64,000 nt of DNA from Nitrososphaeria archaeon (GTDB lineage Archaea; Thermoproteota; Nitrososphaeria; JACIWG01), in assembly GCA_963752255.1 (NCBI GenBank), contig CAVVXT010000012.1:160001-224000 (forward strand). The letters run 5' to 3'. The notes beneath the pieces were generated by a model that did not search any database, had not been told where the DNA came from, and saw nothing but the letters and a program-made list of their open reading frames with translations. Below are positions 1-10,580 of the stretch, one piece after another; position 1 is the stretch's first letter; every line of letters starts with the position of its first letter. The translations under genes and the position numbers were made by a program.

Positions 1-1
1 G

Positions 2-88
2 TGCAACGACATTGTCGAGCCAAAGTGGGTCTATTTCCCGATTATTAGAATGGAAGAAGGTTTTAATGAGCTCTCCAAAATTCTTTAG
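2..88 (+). CDS. 3' end of a gene entering from the left edge (..CNDIVEPKWVYFPIIRMEEGFNELSKIL*), product unknown
   Basis: Open frame from base 2 to TAG at 86-88; too short to assign. Confidence 0.35.
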   Translation, partial: CNDIVEPKWVYFPIIRMEEGFNELSKIL

Positions 89-189
89 CATTCACCCTAA
101 AGTTTTCTTCACCCAACTTCAACGAGAAATTCCTTATTATTTATAGCGTCAGCGGTATAATAATATATTTAATCAGTTGAAGGACAGAC

Positions 190-227
190 AAAAAAAAGAA
201 AGAAGAAAGTTGTCTTTTCTCTTTCTT
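190..227 (-). terminator. Probable terminator after ppsA
   Basis: Imperfect hairpin AGAAAGAAGAAAG/CTTTTCTCTTTCT followed on the minus strand by a T8 tract just past the ppsA stop. Confidence 0.5.
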
Positions 228-233
228 CGAGAT

Positions 234-2600
234 CTATTCTTTCATTGAGAGCCTTTTTAGTTCAGAAAGGCTTGACAGTATCAGTTTTTGTTCAACACTT
301 GCTACAAGCTTCTTTGTTGTTACAACTGTGTCTGGGTTGACCGATACACTATCTATTCCATTCTCAACAAGGAATTTTGTTATCTCAGGGTACACCGATG
401 GAGCTTGTCCACATATGCTTACTGTAACGTTGTTTTCGTGTGCAACCTTAATCAGGTGGGCGATTGACCTTAGCACTGCCGGATCTCTTTCATCAAAATA
501 TCCCAGATTGCCGAGTATGCCGCTGTCTCTATCCGCACCAAGGATCAGTTGTGTAAGGTCGTTTGATCCAATGCTGAAACCATCGCAGAGTTTACTAAAT
601 TCGTCTGCTAGCAACACTATTGAAGGTACTTCTGCCATGAACCAGAGTTTGAAATCTTTACTTCTTTCAAGGCCTTCTTCACTCATTATTTTTACCGCCT
701 TCTCCACTTCCCATGTCGTTCTAACGAAGGGTAGCATGAGCCAAACGTTCTTGAGACCCATTTCATCTCTTACTTTCTTCATAGCTTTGCATTCTAGTCT
801 AAAGCCCGGTTCGTACTCTGGACTAATGTACCTTGAGACACCTCTCCATCCAATCATCGGGTTGTTTTCTTTAGGCTCATATTTCTCGCCACCTTTTAGA
901 GCCGCATATTCGTTTGTTTTGAAGTCGCTCATTCTTACAACAATTGGTCTCGGATACACCGCGCTCTGCCACCTTAGCTATGCCCTCCGCGAGTTTGTCA
1001 ACAAAAACCTGTGACCTTCCCTGCTCAATAAGTGCCAGCGGGTGTTCACCCACCCAATCTGCGACGATGAACTCAATTCTCATAAGTCCTATTCCATCGA
1101 ATGGTAGATCCTTGTATTCGTCTGCTTTTCCAGGGTCTCCAAGGTTCATGTACACCTTTGTTCCAGTAATCGGTACAGCATTTGCTATTACCGCTGTAGC
1201 TGCTACAGCTTCACCTTTCACTTCAGGCTTTTCCTCCTCTATTATTCCTTCATAGATTATTCCTAGAGCTCCGTCCATTGAAACTTCCTGTCCCGTTTTC
1301 AGTACCTCAGTTGCTCCCTTAGTGCCTACGACGCAGGGCACACCTAGTTCCCTTGAGACTATTGCAGCGTGAGCGGTCATACCTCCACCGTTTGTTATGA
1401 TCCCCGCCGCTTTTCTCATAGCAGGAACCCAGTCGGGAGCGGTCATTTCAGTAACTAGAATCTCACCTTCCTTGAAGTTTGCGATGTCCTTTACGTCCAT
1501 TATAATATTGACCTTTCCTGAAGATCTACCTGGTGAAGCACCTACGTCCCCTTATCAAGACTTTCGCTGTCGATGCTTTGACTTTGGCGACCTCTGCTGT
1601 AGTCACCTTCGAAGACCATACAGTCTCAGGCCTAGCTTGAACAATATAGAGTTTGTTTGTGTCCGTGTCAAGAGCCCATTCAATATCCATGGGTCTGCCA
1701 TAGTGTTTTTCTATAAGGTCAGCATCTTTACCTAATTCGATTACTTGTTCGTCAGACAGGCAGGATAGGTTCTGTAGATTCTTTGGAACTTCGACCTCTT
1801 TGCTGAATCCATCTATACCTTTTCCTTTTATTGTCATCAGGTTCTTCTGAGAGATATTCTTCTCAAGTATTTTGAAGCTACCTTTCTCCACCACCCATCT
1901 GTCTGGGTCAACATGACCTTGAACAACAGACTCCCCTACACCCCACGCACCTTCGATTGTAATCGCGTTCCTGTCTCCTGTCACCGGATTTAGCGTAAAC
2001 ATCACGCCTGCGGTCTTGCTGTTGATCATCTTTTGTACACCGACTGAAAGCTTTACTTTAAAGTGATCGAACCCTTTTTCAACCCTATACGAGATTGCTC
2101 TCGGCGTAAAAAGTGAACTGATGCATTTCTTTACGCTTTCTACGAGAGCGTCTCTTCCTTGTACAAACAGGTAGGTGTCTTGTTGTCCCGCAAACGACGC
2201 CGTCGGAAGGTCTTCGGCTGTAGCGCTGCTCCTAACCGCTACCTCCGGATTGTTGATTCCTATCTTCTTTCCCAACGCCCTATAGTGTTCCATAAGTCCG
2301 TCTTCTAGAACCTTTGGAAATTCGCACGATTCGATCACAGCACGAATCTTCTTCGATGTTTCAGTGAGCTTTTCTAGGTCATTGGTATCCAGTCCTGACA
2401 GCAGTTCTACAATCTTTGGTGCAAGATTAGAAGCTTCGATAAAATAATCGTATCCCGCTGAAGTCAGAGCAAATCCTGGTGGAACTGGTATTCCAGCGTT
2501 TACCATTTCACCCAAGCTTGAATTCTTTCCTCCAACAAGCGGTACGTCTTCCCTCCTAAGTTCCTCAAAGTCTAAATAAAATTTTTCTTTTCTTGGACAT
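234..2600 (-). CDS. ppsA: Phosphoenolpyruvate synthase (pyruvate,water dikinase), broken by three +1 frameshifts
   Basis: Fragments 1526..2515 ([34 protein letters not shown]), 877..1500 (phospho-His [15 protein letters not shown]) and 234..959 ([24 protein letters not shown]). The N-terminus [21 protein letters not shown] links to ATG at 2600 via one further frameshift. Confidence 0.95.
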
Positions 2601-2719
2601 CCTATATCATTGGTTTTGGCTCAAAATAACTGATATATAAACATCTTATTTTGCCAGTCCGATCTTTGAAGAAGATCGCTTCTACTGTAGGACGTTCATC
2701 GAATCACGTCGTGAACGAT

Positions 2720-4240
2720 CTAGAGCTCCATTTCACTAAAAATTTTTATAGTGGAATACAAGAAGAAGACCGTTACTATGATAGCGTAGACGATGGAAAA
2801 AAGCGTCAGAATCGAGATATAGAGCTCTGATAGAGTAAGTATTTGGACGATAAATGAAGGAATAAGAATTGGTAGCGAAATCAGCACGAAAAAAAGCATT
2901 CCCATCATGTATACGTATGGTGTGAATAGCTTCCTTTTTACCGTCCAGATACCGTAGAAGGTGCCTAAGGCAGAGTTGGATAAAGAGAGAAGAACAGAGG
3001 ATAGTATCAAACCTATGCTTAGGTAACCTGTCCATAACGAGCCTATTAGGTAGGCGATCGCCAACATGGGAAGATAAAGTAGCAGTTGCCAAAGGAAGAC
3101 GCCAAAAACATAGGATTTTACCTTACAAGAAAAGGTCTTCAGGATCCAGAAATAGTCACTGAATTCGGTTATCCACAGCTGTGCAAGAATAATCGGGAAA
3201 AAGATTGGTATGAAAAGTATTACGAAAGAATTCATTTGAATGCTCTGGAATTCAGGTGCCTTTGAAGTTATAAAAAGGTAAGGAAGGTTTAAAAAAATGA
3301 ATGTCAATAGAAGGCCGTACAGATCTCCGAAACGTAATGTTCTTACAAGTGATTCCTTAACGTGGAATAAAACTGTACTTTTTGGAGCCTGTTCAAGGGA
3401 CACTGGTATTGAAAAACGATTCATCTGATTCAGGAGATTCTGCTGTTGTTGCACCTGATATCTGAAGCTCGTGTCAAACGCGGCTCTTAATGGAATAACC
3501 TGTGCGTAAGGAATAAAGTTCAGCGAAGATGCTTTTTGCCATAGAAAAAGGGAGAAAATAATCCAAAAGCATACTGAAATCACAGGGGCAACGGCCAAGA
3601 TTCCTACAGGGTTGGCTAACAATTCTTGAGCAGAACCTACTGGAGAAATCAGATTAGCTACGTATGGTACACTGTGATATATCAGTAGAAAAGGTATCGG
3701 AGCGCAGAATGCAATCAGGACAGCCGTAACCAAAACTCTAACCAGGCTGCGATTGTAGAAGATTATTAAAACCTTAAAACTATTTTCTAATACAACTGAA
3801 ATGCCTAGAATAATAAAGATTAACATAAAGAAGAGAATGTAAAAAACCTTCAACAATAAAATGATAACAATAAATGAGATAAAAAAAGGGAGACAGAGTA
3901 TGAAGAGAATAAGGGTGAGATCATACAAGGTCTTTGCCACGAAGAACTGCCGCGCATTTATGGGCGCAGAAAAAATGAAATCTCTCTCATAGTCGATAAC
4001 ACTTATCTGGCTTATCAAAGAATAGAAAAGGAAAAGAACAGGAAGAAGATAGAGAACAGGATACTGCAAGACAATTTGAACTAGTATGTCCTTAGATGAG
4101 CCGTTTCCACTCAAAATTAGGGGGATGATCCCTAACCCGGACAACGAATATAATAGAAGTAGTAGGAGGGTGGCTTTAGACCTCCTAAATGAACCAAATG
4201 ACGCAACAAGTCTCATTAAATAAATTTCTTTTATAGCCAA
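2720..4240 (-). CDS. ABC transporter permease (multi-pass, ABC-2-like exporter)
   Basis: About 12 hydrophobic segments; directly downstream of an ABC ATPase on the same strand. Confidence 0.75.
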   Translation of the reverse strand: MAIKEIYLMRLVASFGSFRRSKATLLLLLLYSLSGLGIIPLILSGNGSSKDILVQIVLQYPVLYLLPVLFLFYSLISQISVIDYERDFIFSAPINARQFFVAKTLYDLTLILFILCLPFFISFIVIILLLKVFYILFFMLIFIILGISVVLENSFKVLIIFYNRSLVRVLVTAVLIAFCAPIPFLLIYHSVPYVANLISPVGSAQELLANPVGILAVAPVISVCFWIIFSLFLWQKASSLNFIPYAQVIPLRAAFDTSFRYQVQQQQNLLNQMNRFSIPVSLEQAPKSTVLFHVKESLVRTLRFGDLYGLLLTFIFLNLPYLFITSKAPEFQSIQMNSFVILFIPIFFPIILAQLWITEFSDYFWILKTFSCKVKSYVFGVFLWQLLLYLPMLAIAYLIGSLWTGYLSIGLILSSVLLSLSNSALGTFYGIWTVKRKLFTPYVYMMGMLFFVLISLPILIPSFIVQILTLSELYISILTLFSIVYAIIVTVFFLYSTIKIFSEMEL

Positions 4241-4246
4241 AATTGT

Positions 4247-5164
4247 CTACATCCTTCTTAGACGACTTAAGAAACTCTTCTTCTGTTTCGACGGTGATTC
4301 AGTATTTTCCTGAACCATAGATTCCTTCGTCAAAGAAAGGAAAAGCTGTTCAAGAGTAGTATCTTTACCCGCGTGTGCAAGATCTCTGAGCTCTTGCAGG
4401 TTCCCTGTTGCAACATTCTTTCCCCTACTTATTATTGCGACCCTATCGCAGAATCTTTCTGCAAGGTCTAATAGATGTGTAGATAAGAGAACAGAGCAAC
4501 CTGATTCTACAAGTTCTTTTATCATCGACTTTAGTTCAAATTGACCCTCAGGATCAATGCCTATAAAGGGCTCATCCAAAAACAGAATCTTAGGATCTTC
4601 CAAAAGAGTTGAGGAAAAGACGAGTTTCTGTTTCATACCCTTCGAAAGGGAAGTGATAAGGCTTTTCTTCTTTTCAAAAAGATTAAATTTACCAAATAGC
4701 TCGTCAATCCTTTTCCTTAAGACATCTTCAGGAATGTTTCTTATTCGACCAACGTAATACAGAAATTCATAAGAATTCAGGTACTCAGGAATAGTCGCGG
4801 ACTCTGGGACATAGCCTAAATAACTCTTATATTTAGAAACTTCTTTGTCTATGTCATATCCTACAACATTTACAGCACCCTGATCTTTCTTCACTAAACC
4901 CAGGATTATCTTGATGGTTGTGGTCTTCCCTGACCCATTGGGGCCGATAAGTCCTAGGACTTCACCCTTATTCATGTACAAAGATAAACCGTTTAATGCC
5001 GGCACACCATCATATGCTTTCCACAGGTTGTAAACGTAGAGTGTCGCAAATGTAGGGTCGTATTTTTCGAATACGTTATTTAACATGACGCCACCTGCTA
5101 CGACTCGAAATATATAAAATCTTGTGGCTTGGGAATAATACCATATTCTAGGAATTTTGTACAT
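4247..5164 (-). CDS. ABC transporter ATP-binding protein (true start probably nearer 5086)
   Basis: Walker A GPNGSGKTT, signature LSKGMKQK, Walker B LFLDEP, STH switch. Confidence 0.93.
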   Translation of the reverse strand: MYKIPRIWYYSQATRFYIFRVVAGGVMLNNVFEKYDPTFATLYVYNLWKAYDGVPALNGLSLYMNKGEVLGLIGPNGSGKTTTIKIILGLVKKDQGAVNVVGYDIDKEVSKYKSYLGYVPESATIPEYLNSYEFLYYVGRIRNIPEDVLRKRIDELFGKFNLFEKKKSLITSLSKGMKQKLVFSSTLLEDPKILFLDEPFIGIDPEGQFELKSMIKELVESGCSVLLSTHLLDLAERFCDRVAIISRGKNVATGNLQELRDLAHAGKDTTLEQLFLSLTKESMVQENTESPSKQKKSFLSRLRRM

Positions 5165-5196
5165 CTGAGCTAAGAAATTTCTTAATGTTTTTCGAA

Positions 5197-5478
5197 CTAC
5201 TCCTTTACTTCCACGGATAGTTTAGGGTCAATTTCTTTGAGCATACCCAAGATTTCCTCGATTGCAGGAATAGAACCTTTTAGGTTCCAGCTTATTTGTT
5301 TTATTGAAGCCTTATTGAATTCAGGTTCGATGGATATTATTGAGACAAACTTTTCTTTGATAACGTAATATTCATAACTGTGCATTCTAACCTGATAACC
5401 GCTGTCAACCAATTTTTTTCTGAGAAGAACACGTTTCTCCAGAAATTTAAAAGGGGAGGACATCAAAAGTATTTTCAT
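5197..5478 (-). CDS. Hypothetical protein
   Basis: 93 aa ATG ORF with normal composition; no recognised motif. Confidence 0.6.
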   Translation of the reverse strand: MKILLMSSPFKFLEKRVLLRKKLVDSGYQVRMHSYEYYVIKEKFVSIISIEPEFNKASIKQISWNLKGSIPAIEEILGMLKEIDPKLSVEVKE

Positions 5479-5818
5479 TTGGATTAATATTTAAGCATTA
5501 CACAAAAATATTTCAGTTTATAATATTTATTGCAATTATAATCGAATTCTTTAAAAAATATCAAGTTAATGTTTTCAAGAAAAACAGGAATGCGATCATG
5601 AAAGCTAAAGGACTTTAAGTATAATGATCTTGGATTATTCTTGTTAAAAATTGACTCATAAATTTCCAAAACAGAACATTTCACAAGTATTAGGAAATTG
5701 AATATGTCAATCTAAAGAAATAACATATATTATCTATTTATAATATTGTACTGGATTAAAACGGAACATTGATGCTAGAGAATTATAGCAAATCAATGGA
5801 ACAAAGAGTGGGACAAAA

Positions 5819-6742
5819 ATGAACGAGATATCTTTAGATCTGAACCTCTATGATCCCTTCAACGCCGATTATTGTTTCACAAGCGGGCAGATTTTTGGAT
5901 GGAAAAAGATAAATGGATACTGGTATGGTGTAACAAAATGTAAGCTTCTTAAAATTTATCAAAAAGAAAGTACCCTCTTAATTCACTCAGAAGATGATAT
6001 AAAAGAGAAGGAGATTGTTGATTTTCTTGGATTGGAGGACAATAAAAACGATATTGATAGAAAAATCGCTCTAAACCAATTTATGTCCGGCGCGATATCA
6101 AGATTTTCAGCAGTTAGGATCCTTAAACAAGACCCAGCCGAAACGATAATAAGCTATATCTGTGCACAAAATAAAAACATACCTGCAATAGAGAAGATGA
6201 TATATGAGCTTTCTAGAATGTTTGGTTCCAAGAAGGAAATGGACTCAATATCCTTCTATACACTTCCTGATTTTGTTAAAATTTCAAATTTGTGTTTGAA
6301 AGATCTTTTGACAGTGGGGCTAGGATATAGAGCCAAATACCTCTTGGAGACGGGGAGAAGAATTCAGGGAGATAATACTCTCGTCGATGAAATAGCTAAC
6401 ATGGAATATCATGAAGCTTGGAAGAAGATGGCTTTTGGAGAAATGAAGCTTTCTGGGGTTGGTCCAAAGGTCGCCGACTGCATACTGCTTTATGGCTTTG
6501 GCAAAATGGAAGCGTTTCCGATAGACATCTGGATATCAAGAACATACGCAACAGCAATGGAGGGCTTAATAGACGATGAGGATCTTGACTTCTTCCGAAA
6601 CATGATCTACACGAAAAAGAATCCAGGTAAAAGACTTTATTTGGAACTCGGTGACTTAGCTAGAAAAGTTTTCGGTAAATATGCGGGTTACGCACAGCTG
6701 TATATGTATATGTATAGACGGAACTATTTTAGATATCTTTAA
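5819..6742 (+). CDS. 8-oxoguanine DNA glycosylase/AP lyase (OGG1-like, HhH-GPD family)
   Basis: SGQIFGW N-domain, RILKQDP, GLGYRAKY, HhH GVGPKVADC, AFPIDIWI, FGKYAGYAQ. Confidence 0.9.
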   Translation: MNEISLDLNLYDPFNADYCFTSGQIFGWKKINGYWYGVTKCKLLKIYQKESTLLIHSEDDIKEKEIVDFLGLEDNKNDIDRKIALNQFMSGAISRFSAVRILKQDPAETIISYICAQNKNIPAIEKMIYELSRMFGSKKEMDSISFYTLPDFVKISNLCLKDLLTVGLGYRAKYLLETGRRIQGDNTLVDEIANMEYHEAWKKMAFGEMKLSGVGPKVADCILLYGFGKMEAFPIDIWISRTYATAMEGLIDDEDLDFFRNMIYTKKNPGKRLYLELGDLARKVFGKYAGYAQLYMYMYRRNYFRYL

Positions 6743-7337
6743 CTGAAATAAAATTGAGAGCTGATCTTGAAGCGAGCCTGGCAATTCTAATCGGATCAGG
6801 GATAGCACCTTGCAGAGTGAACTTGTCAACAACATACTTTGCATCTTCAACGCTTATTCCTGAACACCTAAGGAAAACATGCTTACCGGTATGTAGTGTA
6901 ACAAGCGTTCTATCCCCAAGTCTCCTATACAGTTCTATCTTTTCAGGTTCGTCAGGAAAATGATGTCTCAAATGTTCCTCTAAACCTTCAGAGGGCCTGT
7001 AAGTAATTGAGATAATAGGAATCCCTATGGAAGCGAACAGGTTGTCGATGTCGACTATATTGAATAGGCTAACGACGCTTCCTCCAATCATAATAACGTT
7101 CACATCTTTTCTTTCTAACTGCTTAAACATTTCAACTATCGATTCAGTGACATCGTCTCCACCTAAAGTTGCTTTTCCAAATACGAATCCGTCAATAACG
7201 AGATCGGATCTCATGACAACACCCGACAAAACGGAAAAAGCAAGCAAGCCCTTTCTAAAGCTCTCTGCAACACCGAAACAACGAATCGCCTTTTTCTGGT
7301 AATGTGTACGCATTGACATAATAAAAAATGCATGCAA
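6729..7337 (-). CDS. DUF99 family protein (endonuclease V-like fold)
   Basis: GVAESF, SGVVMRSDLVIDG, GGDDVT, FNIVD, PDPIRIARL. Confidence 0.85.
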   Translation of the reverse strand: MHAFFIMSMRTHYQKKAIRCFGVAESFRKGLLAFSVLSGVVMRSDLVIDGFVFGKATLGGDDVTESIVEMFKQLERKDVNVIMIGGSVVSLFNIVDIDNLFASIGIPIISITYRPSEGLEEHLRHHFPDEPEKIELYRRLGDRTLVTLHTGKHVFLRCSGISVEDAKYVVDKFTLQGAIPDPIRIARLASRSALNFISVKDI

Positions 7338-7469
7338 TATAAAATGGTTTGCTCCCCTGTTATAATTCCCTTAGATAAGAAAAATAAATAGTCTAAGAAC
7401 TCCCACATTACTTTTTCTCATTGAAGAAATTCCTATATAGACGCACTATCTCCCCCGTAGTCGAGAGAT

Positions 7470-7613
7470 ATGCAAGGGTACTGTGTTAAATGCAAGACAA
7501 AAAGGGAAATAAAGAACCCCACGCAAGTCACTCTTAAGAATGGCAAACCAGCGGTCAAGGGCACCTGCCCTGAATGCGAAACTACAATGTTCGTAGTGGG
7601 AAAGAAGCTCTAA
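7470..7613 (+). CDS. Small Zn-ribbon protein, DUF5679-like (47 aa, not in ORF track)
   Basis: MQGYCVKCKTKREIKNPTQVTLKNGKPAVKGTCPECETTMFVVGKKL with two CxxC; TATA-like CTATATAG at 7433; pyrimidine/T tract after the stop. Confidence 0.88.
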   Translation: MQGYCVKCKTKREIKNPTQVTLKNGKPAVKGTCPECETTMFVVGKKL

Positions 7614-7724
7614 AAACCCTTCCCCCTTTCTTTTTGTAAATCCATAGAAACATTTTACGCTACTTTTTGATAATAAGCAGACAACAGTTTATAAAGGTGG
7701 GAAATGCTGTGGAAAATGTATTAG

Positions 7725-8786
7725 GTGTTGATGTTGTCCAAGATTAGAGTTGCTTTAATAGGAATCGGAAATTGTGCATCGTCCTTTGTTCAAGGTCTTA
7801 GCTATTATGCGAAATGTAAAAAACAAGAAGAATGTAAAGGATTGAAGAACTTTTGTTTAGGAGGATTCTATCCCTCAGACATTCAGATCGTAGCAGCTTT
7901 CGATGTGGATAAGACTAAAATCGGTAAAAGTTTAGAAAAGGCGATTTTTTCTGGCCCTAACAATACGCCAAAACTTTCTGATGTACCTGACATGAATGTT
8001 AGAGTCGAGAAGGGCCCTGTTTTAGATGGTATCGGAGAGAGTCTTAAAGCAATCATTCAGATAGACGATAAACCTGTATCTGATGTAATCAATGTATTAA
8101 GACAAAGTAAATCGGAAATATTAGTTAATCTGCTTCCAAGTGGGGCAGTTAAAGCAACTAAATGGTATGCCGAGCAGGCCGTTAAAGCGGGGTGTGCATT
8201 CGTTAACGCTACACCAGTTTTTATAGCAGGCGATAAGAAATGGGTCGAACTTTTTAGTAATGCAGGATTACCTTTGGTAGGTGATGATTTGATAGACCAG
8301 TTTGGATCTACCGCACTTCACAAGACCCTCCTGAGTCTGCTTACAAAAAATGGTGTGAGAATAACACAGACCTATCAACTTGATGTAGGTGGTGGCACCG
8401 AATCACTTGACACAATGGAAAGGACAAAGAAGATTAAAAGGATTATTAAGACCAGAGCTATTGAAGCATCATTACCCTACAAGGCTGAAGTGGTCGCGGG
8501 GTCAACCGATTATGTTGAATTCCTTCAAAATAAGAGGGACAGCTATTTCTGGCTGAGGGGAACATACTTCTGCGATACACCACTTCAGATTGATTTAAAG
8601 CTTTCAACAGTTGACGGACCAAACGCCGGTTCAGTGCTATTCGATGTTGTAAGAGCGACAAAGATTGCGATTGCAAAGAACGTCAAAGGAACTGTGCTGC
8701 CGATATCCGCCTACGCTTTCAAGAACCCTCCAAAGCAGGTTCCTCTCGAAAAAGCAGAGGAAATGTTCCTCAAGTTCGTTGATTAA
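7725..8786 (+). CDS. ino1: myo-inositol-1-phosphate synthase
   Basis: IGIGNCASSFVQG, AAFDVD, FVNATPVFIA, VGDD, DGPNAG, SAYAFKNPP. Confidence 0.9.
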   Translation: MLMLSKIRVALIGIGNCASSFVQGLSYYAKCKKQEECKGLKNFCLGGFYPSDIQIVAAFDVDKTKIGKSLEKAIFSGPNNTPKLSDVPDMNVRVEKGPVLDGIGESLKAIIQIDDKPVSDVINVLRQSKSEILVNLLPSGAVKATKWYAEQAVKAGCAFVNATPVFIAGDKKWVELFSNAGLPLVGDDLIDQFGSTALHKTLLSLLTKNGVRITQTYQLDVGGGTESLDTMERTKKIKRIIKTRAIEASLPYKAEVVAGSTDYVEFLQNKRDSYFWLRGTYFCDTPLQIDLKLSTVDGPNAGSVLFDVVRATKIAIAKNVKGTVLPISAYAFKNPPKQVPLEKAEEMFLKFVD

Positions 8787-8819
8787 ATAACGAATGAAAA
8801 AATTAAGATATATGAAAGC

Positions 8820-9260
8820 TTAATTCAAATTTTTTCTCATCAAATAAGCATCTCCTCCATCAGGATAATATTGTGGAATAGTTTCAACTAAAATGAAATT
8901 ATTCTTTTTATAAAAGTTTATTGCCGCAAAATTAGATACATTCACCTGCAGTTCCAAATATTGCACTTTCTTTCTAAGATCTTCTACGGCGTAATCAACC
9001 AGCGTCTGGCCTATTCCCATTCTTCTATAATCGGGTAAAACAGCTATTGACACGATCGAACCCTTACCGCCAGAAATTGAATATACAATATATCCCGTAA
9101 TACGGCCGCCATCATCAACAACAATAAAGCCCTCAGGATAATTCTTAAGTAGAAAATAGAACATATAATGTGAGAAAGGTTTGGAAAAAGAAGCCATCTC
9201 TACCTTCTCAACTTCATCTAAATCACTTAAAGAGCATCTTCTAAGAAGCAGATGTATCAT
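8820..9260 (-). CDS. rimI: RimI/Ard1-type N-terminal acetyltransferase (GNAT)
   Basis: SIAVLPDYRRMGIG, LQVNVSN, YYPDGGDAYLM. Confidence 0.88.
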   Translation of the reverse strand: MIHLLLRRCSLSDLDEVEKVEMASFSKPFSHYMFYFLLKNYPEGFIVVDDGGRITGYIVYSISGGKGSIVSIAVLPDYRRMGIGQTLVDYAVEDLRKKVQYLELQVNVSNFAAINFYKKNNFILVETIPQYYPDGGDAYLMRKNLN

Positions 9261-9436
9261 ATTATGAACTTAATTTCCCCTTTTAAATCAATCGGTGAAA
9301 GATCTTATGAAATAAAACTAATCAGAAAAATGTCACTAAAAGGTCCATTTACTCAAAAAGGAGAAATAATTGCACTAGACTTTAGTTTGGAAGCGGGTAA
9401 AACTAATTAAACCCCCTTTCTGATTAAAATGATAAA

Positions 9437-10133
9437 ATGCCCCAAAAGATCATATATTATCCGCATCCAAGAATGTATCTCACTATTCTTGTGGTTTTAT
9501 TATTTATAATAGCTATATTGTTTTTCTTCGGATTCATAGGAATCGCCTTCAACAAAATCGGTCTCAGTACGGGTGTTGTAATAATCATACTTATAGGAAC
9601 CCTTTTGGGAAGTTCTAGTCAACATACCATTATTCAAGATGCGATCAACTATCCCCATTGTTAGAACACAAGAAGTCAATTTCTATGGGCTAACATTTAA
9701 AATCCCCACAATCAATGAGGGAATAAACTACACGACTATCTCAATAAATCTTGGAGGTGCAATAATACCGATCATCGTCAGCACATATCTCTTGATAAAG
9801 AACCCTGACTCATTATTATACGGAGTAGTTAGTATAACTATAGTTACTTTTATAACCCATTTGGTCGCAAAACCTAGACCAGGAATAGGAATAGTGTCGC
9901 CCGCATTTATACCGCCGGTCGTCGCCGCCCTATCAGCTTTACTTCTCCCTATACCCTCGCTTCATCGACCGATCGTTGCTTACGTAGGAGGAGTGATGGG
10001 TACTCTTATCGGTGCCGACCTAACTAATCTACATAAAATAGGTGTACTAGGGGCACCGGTGGCAAGTATAGGGGGAGCGGGAACTTTTGACGGCATATTC
10101 TTAAGTGGAATTCTTGCAGCTATACTTGCTTAA
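9437..10133 (+). CDS. DUF1614 family membrane protein, one frameshift near 9614
   Basis: Fragments 9437..9664 and 9639..10133; INLGGAIIP, GTLIGADL, SIGGAGTFDGIFLSG; removing one T restores GSLVNIP. Confidence 0.85.
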
Positions 10134-10144
10134 ATTAATTATAT

Positions 10145-10513
10145 CTATTTAGACAAGTCGAAAAGCTTCTGTTTTAGCTTCGCGGCCTCTAACACATCTA
10201 TTGCATCACCACCTTCCCTATATTGCTCTAATGCTTTCTCACAGTAGGGCAGGCCCTGTTTAGCTTTTAATTTCATGTCTGTTTGCTGAGCTAGGATATT
10301 TTTTACGACCTCCAGATACCAGTCTCCACTCATCTTGAAGTCTTCAAGGTTCTTGTAGCATTCAGCAAGCCACTTGCAGTATTCAACCCTTTCCAGAAGA
10401 GTTTTACTTTTGTCATTAACCCCTTTTTCCAAGATCGAAATAGCGCTTCTATATTCTCCGCGATGTATTAGGCTAATAATGTCAGGTAGGCTCAAAGAAG
10501 TACCACACAGCAT
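10145..10513 (-). CDS. Hypothetical alpha-helical (TPR-like) protein
   Basis: Helical-repeat-like pattern (WLAECYKNLEDFKMSGDWY; CEKALEQY). Confidence 0.65.
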   Translation of the reverse strand: MLCGTSLSLPDIISLIHRGEYRSAISILEKGVNDKSKTLLERVEYCKWLAECYKNLEDFKMSGDWYLEVVKNILAQQTDMKLKAKQGLPYCEKALEQYREGGDAIDVLEAAKLKQKLFDLSK

Positions 10514-10580
10514 TACATCATCGATATAAATAAAAACTTTTATTAAATAATAAAGGAGTCCGCTCTAAATTATAAAGATT

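Noticed and set aside
234-2600. Programmed frameshifting or a naturally split ppsA (likewise lig)
   Set aside because: No shared slippery motif or stimulatory structure; breaks are scattered single-base indels across unrelated genes, best explained as sequence error
5484-5684. 66-aa ORF in an AT-rich spacer
   Set aside because: Composition dominated by AT-rich codons, overlaps the likely promoter region, no motif
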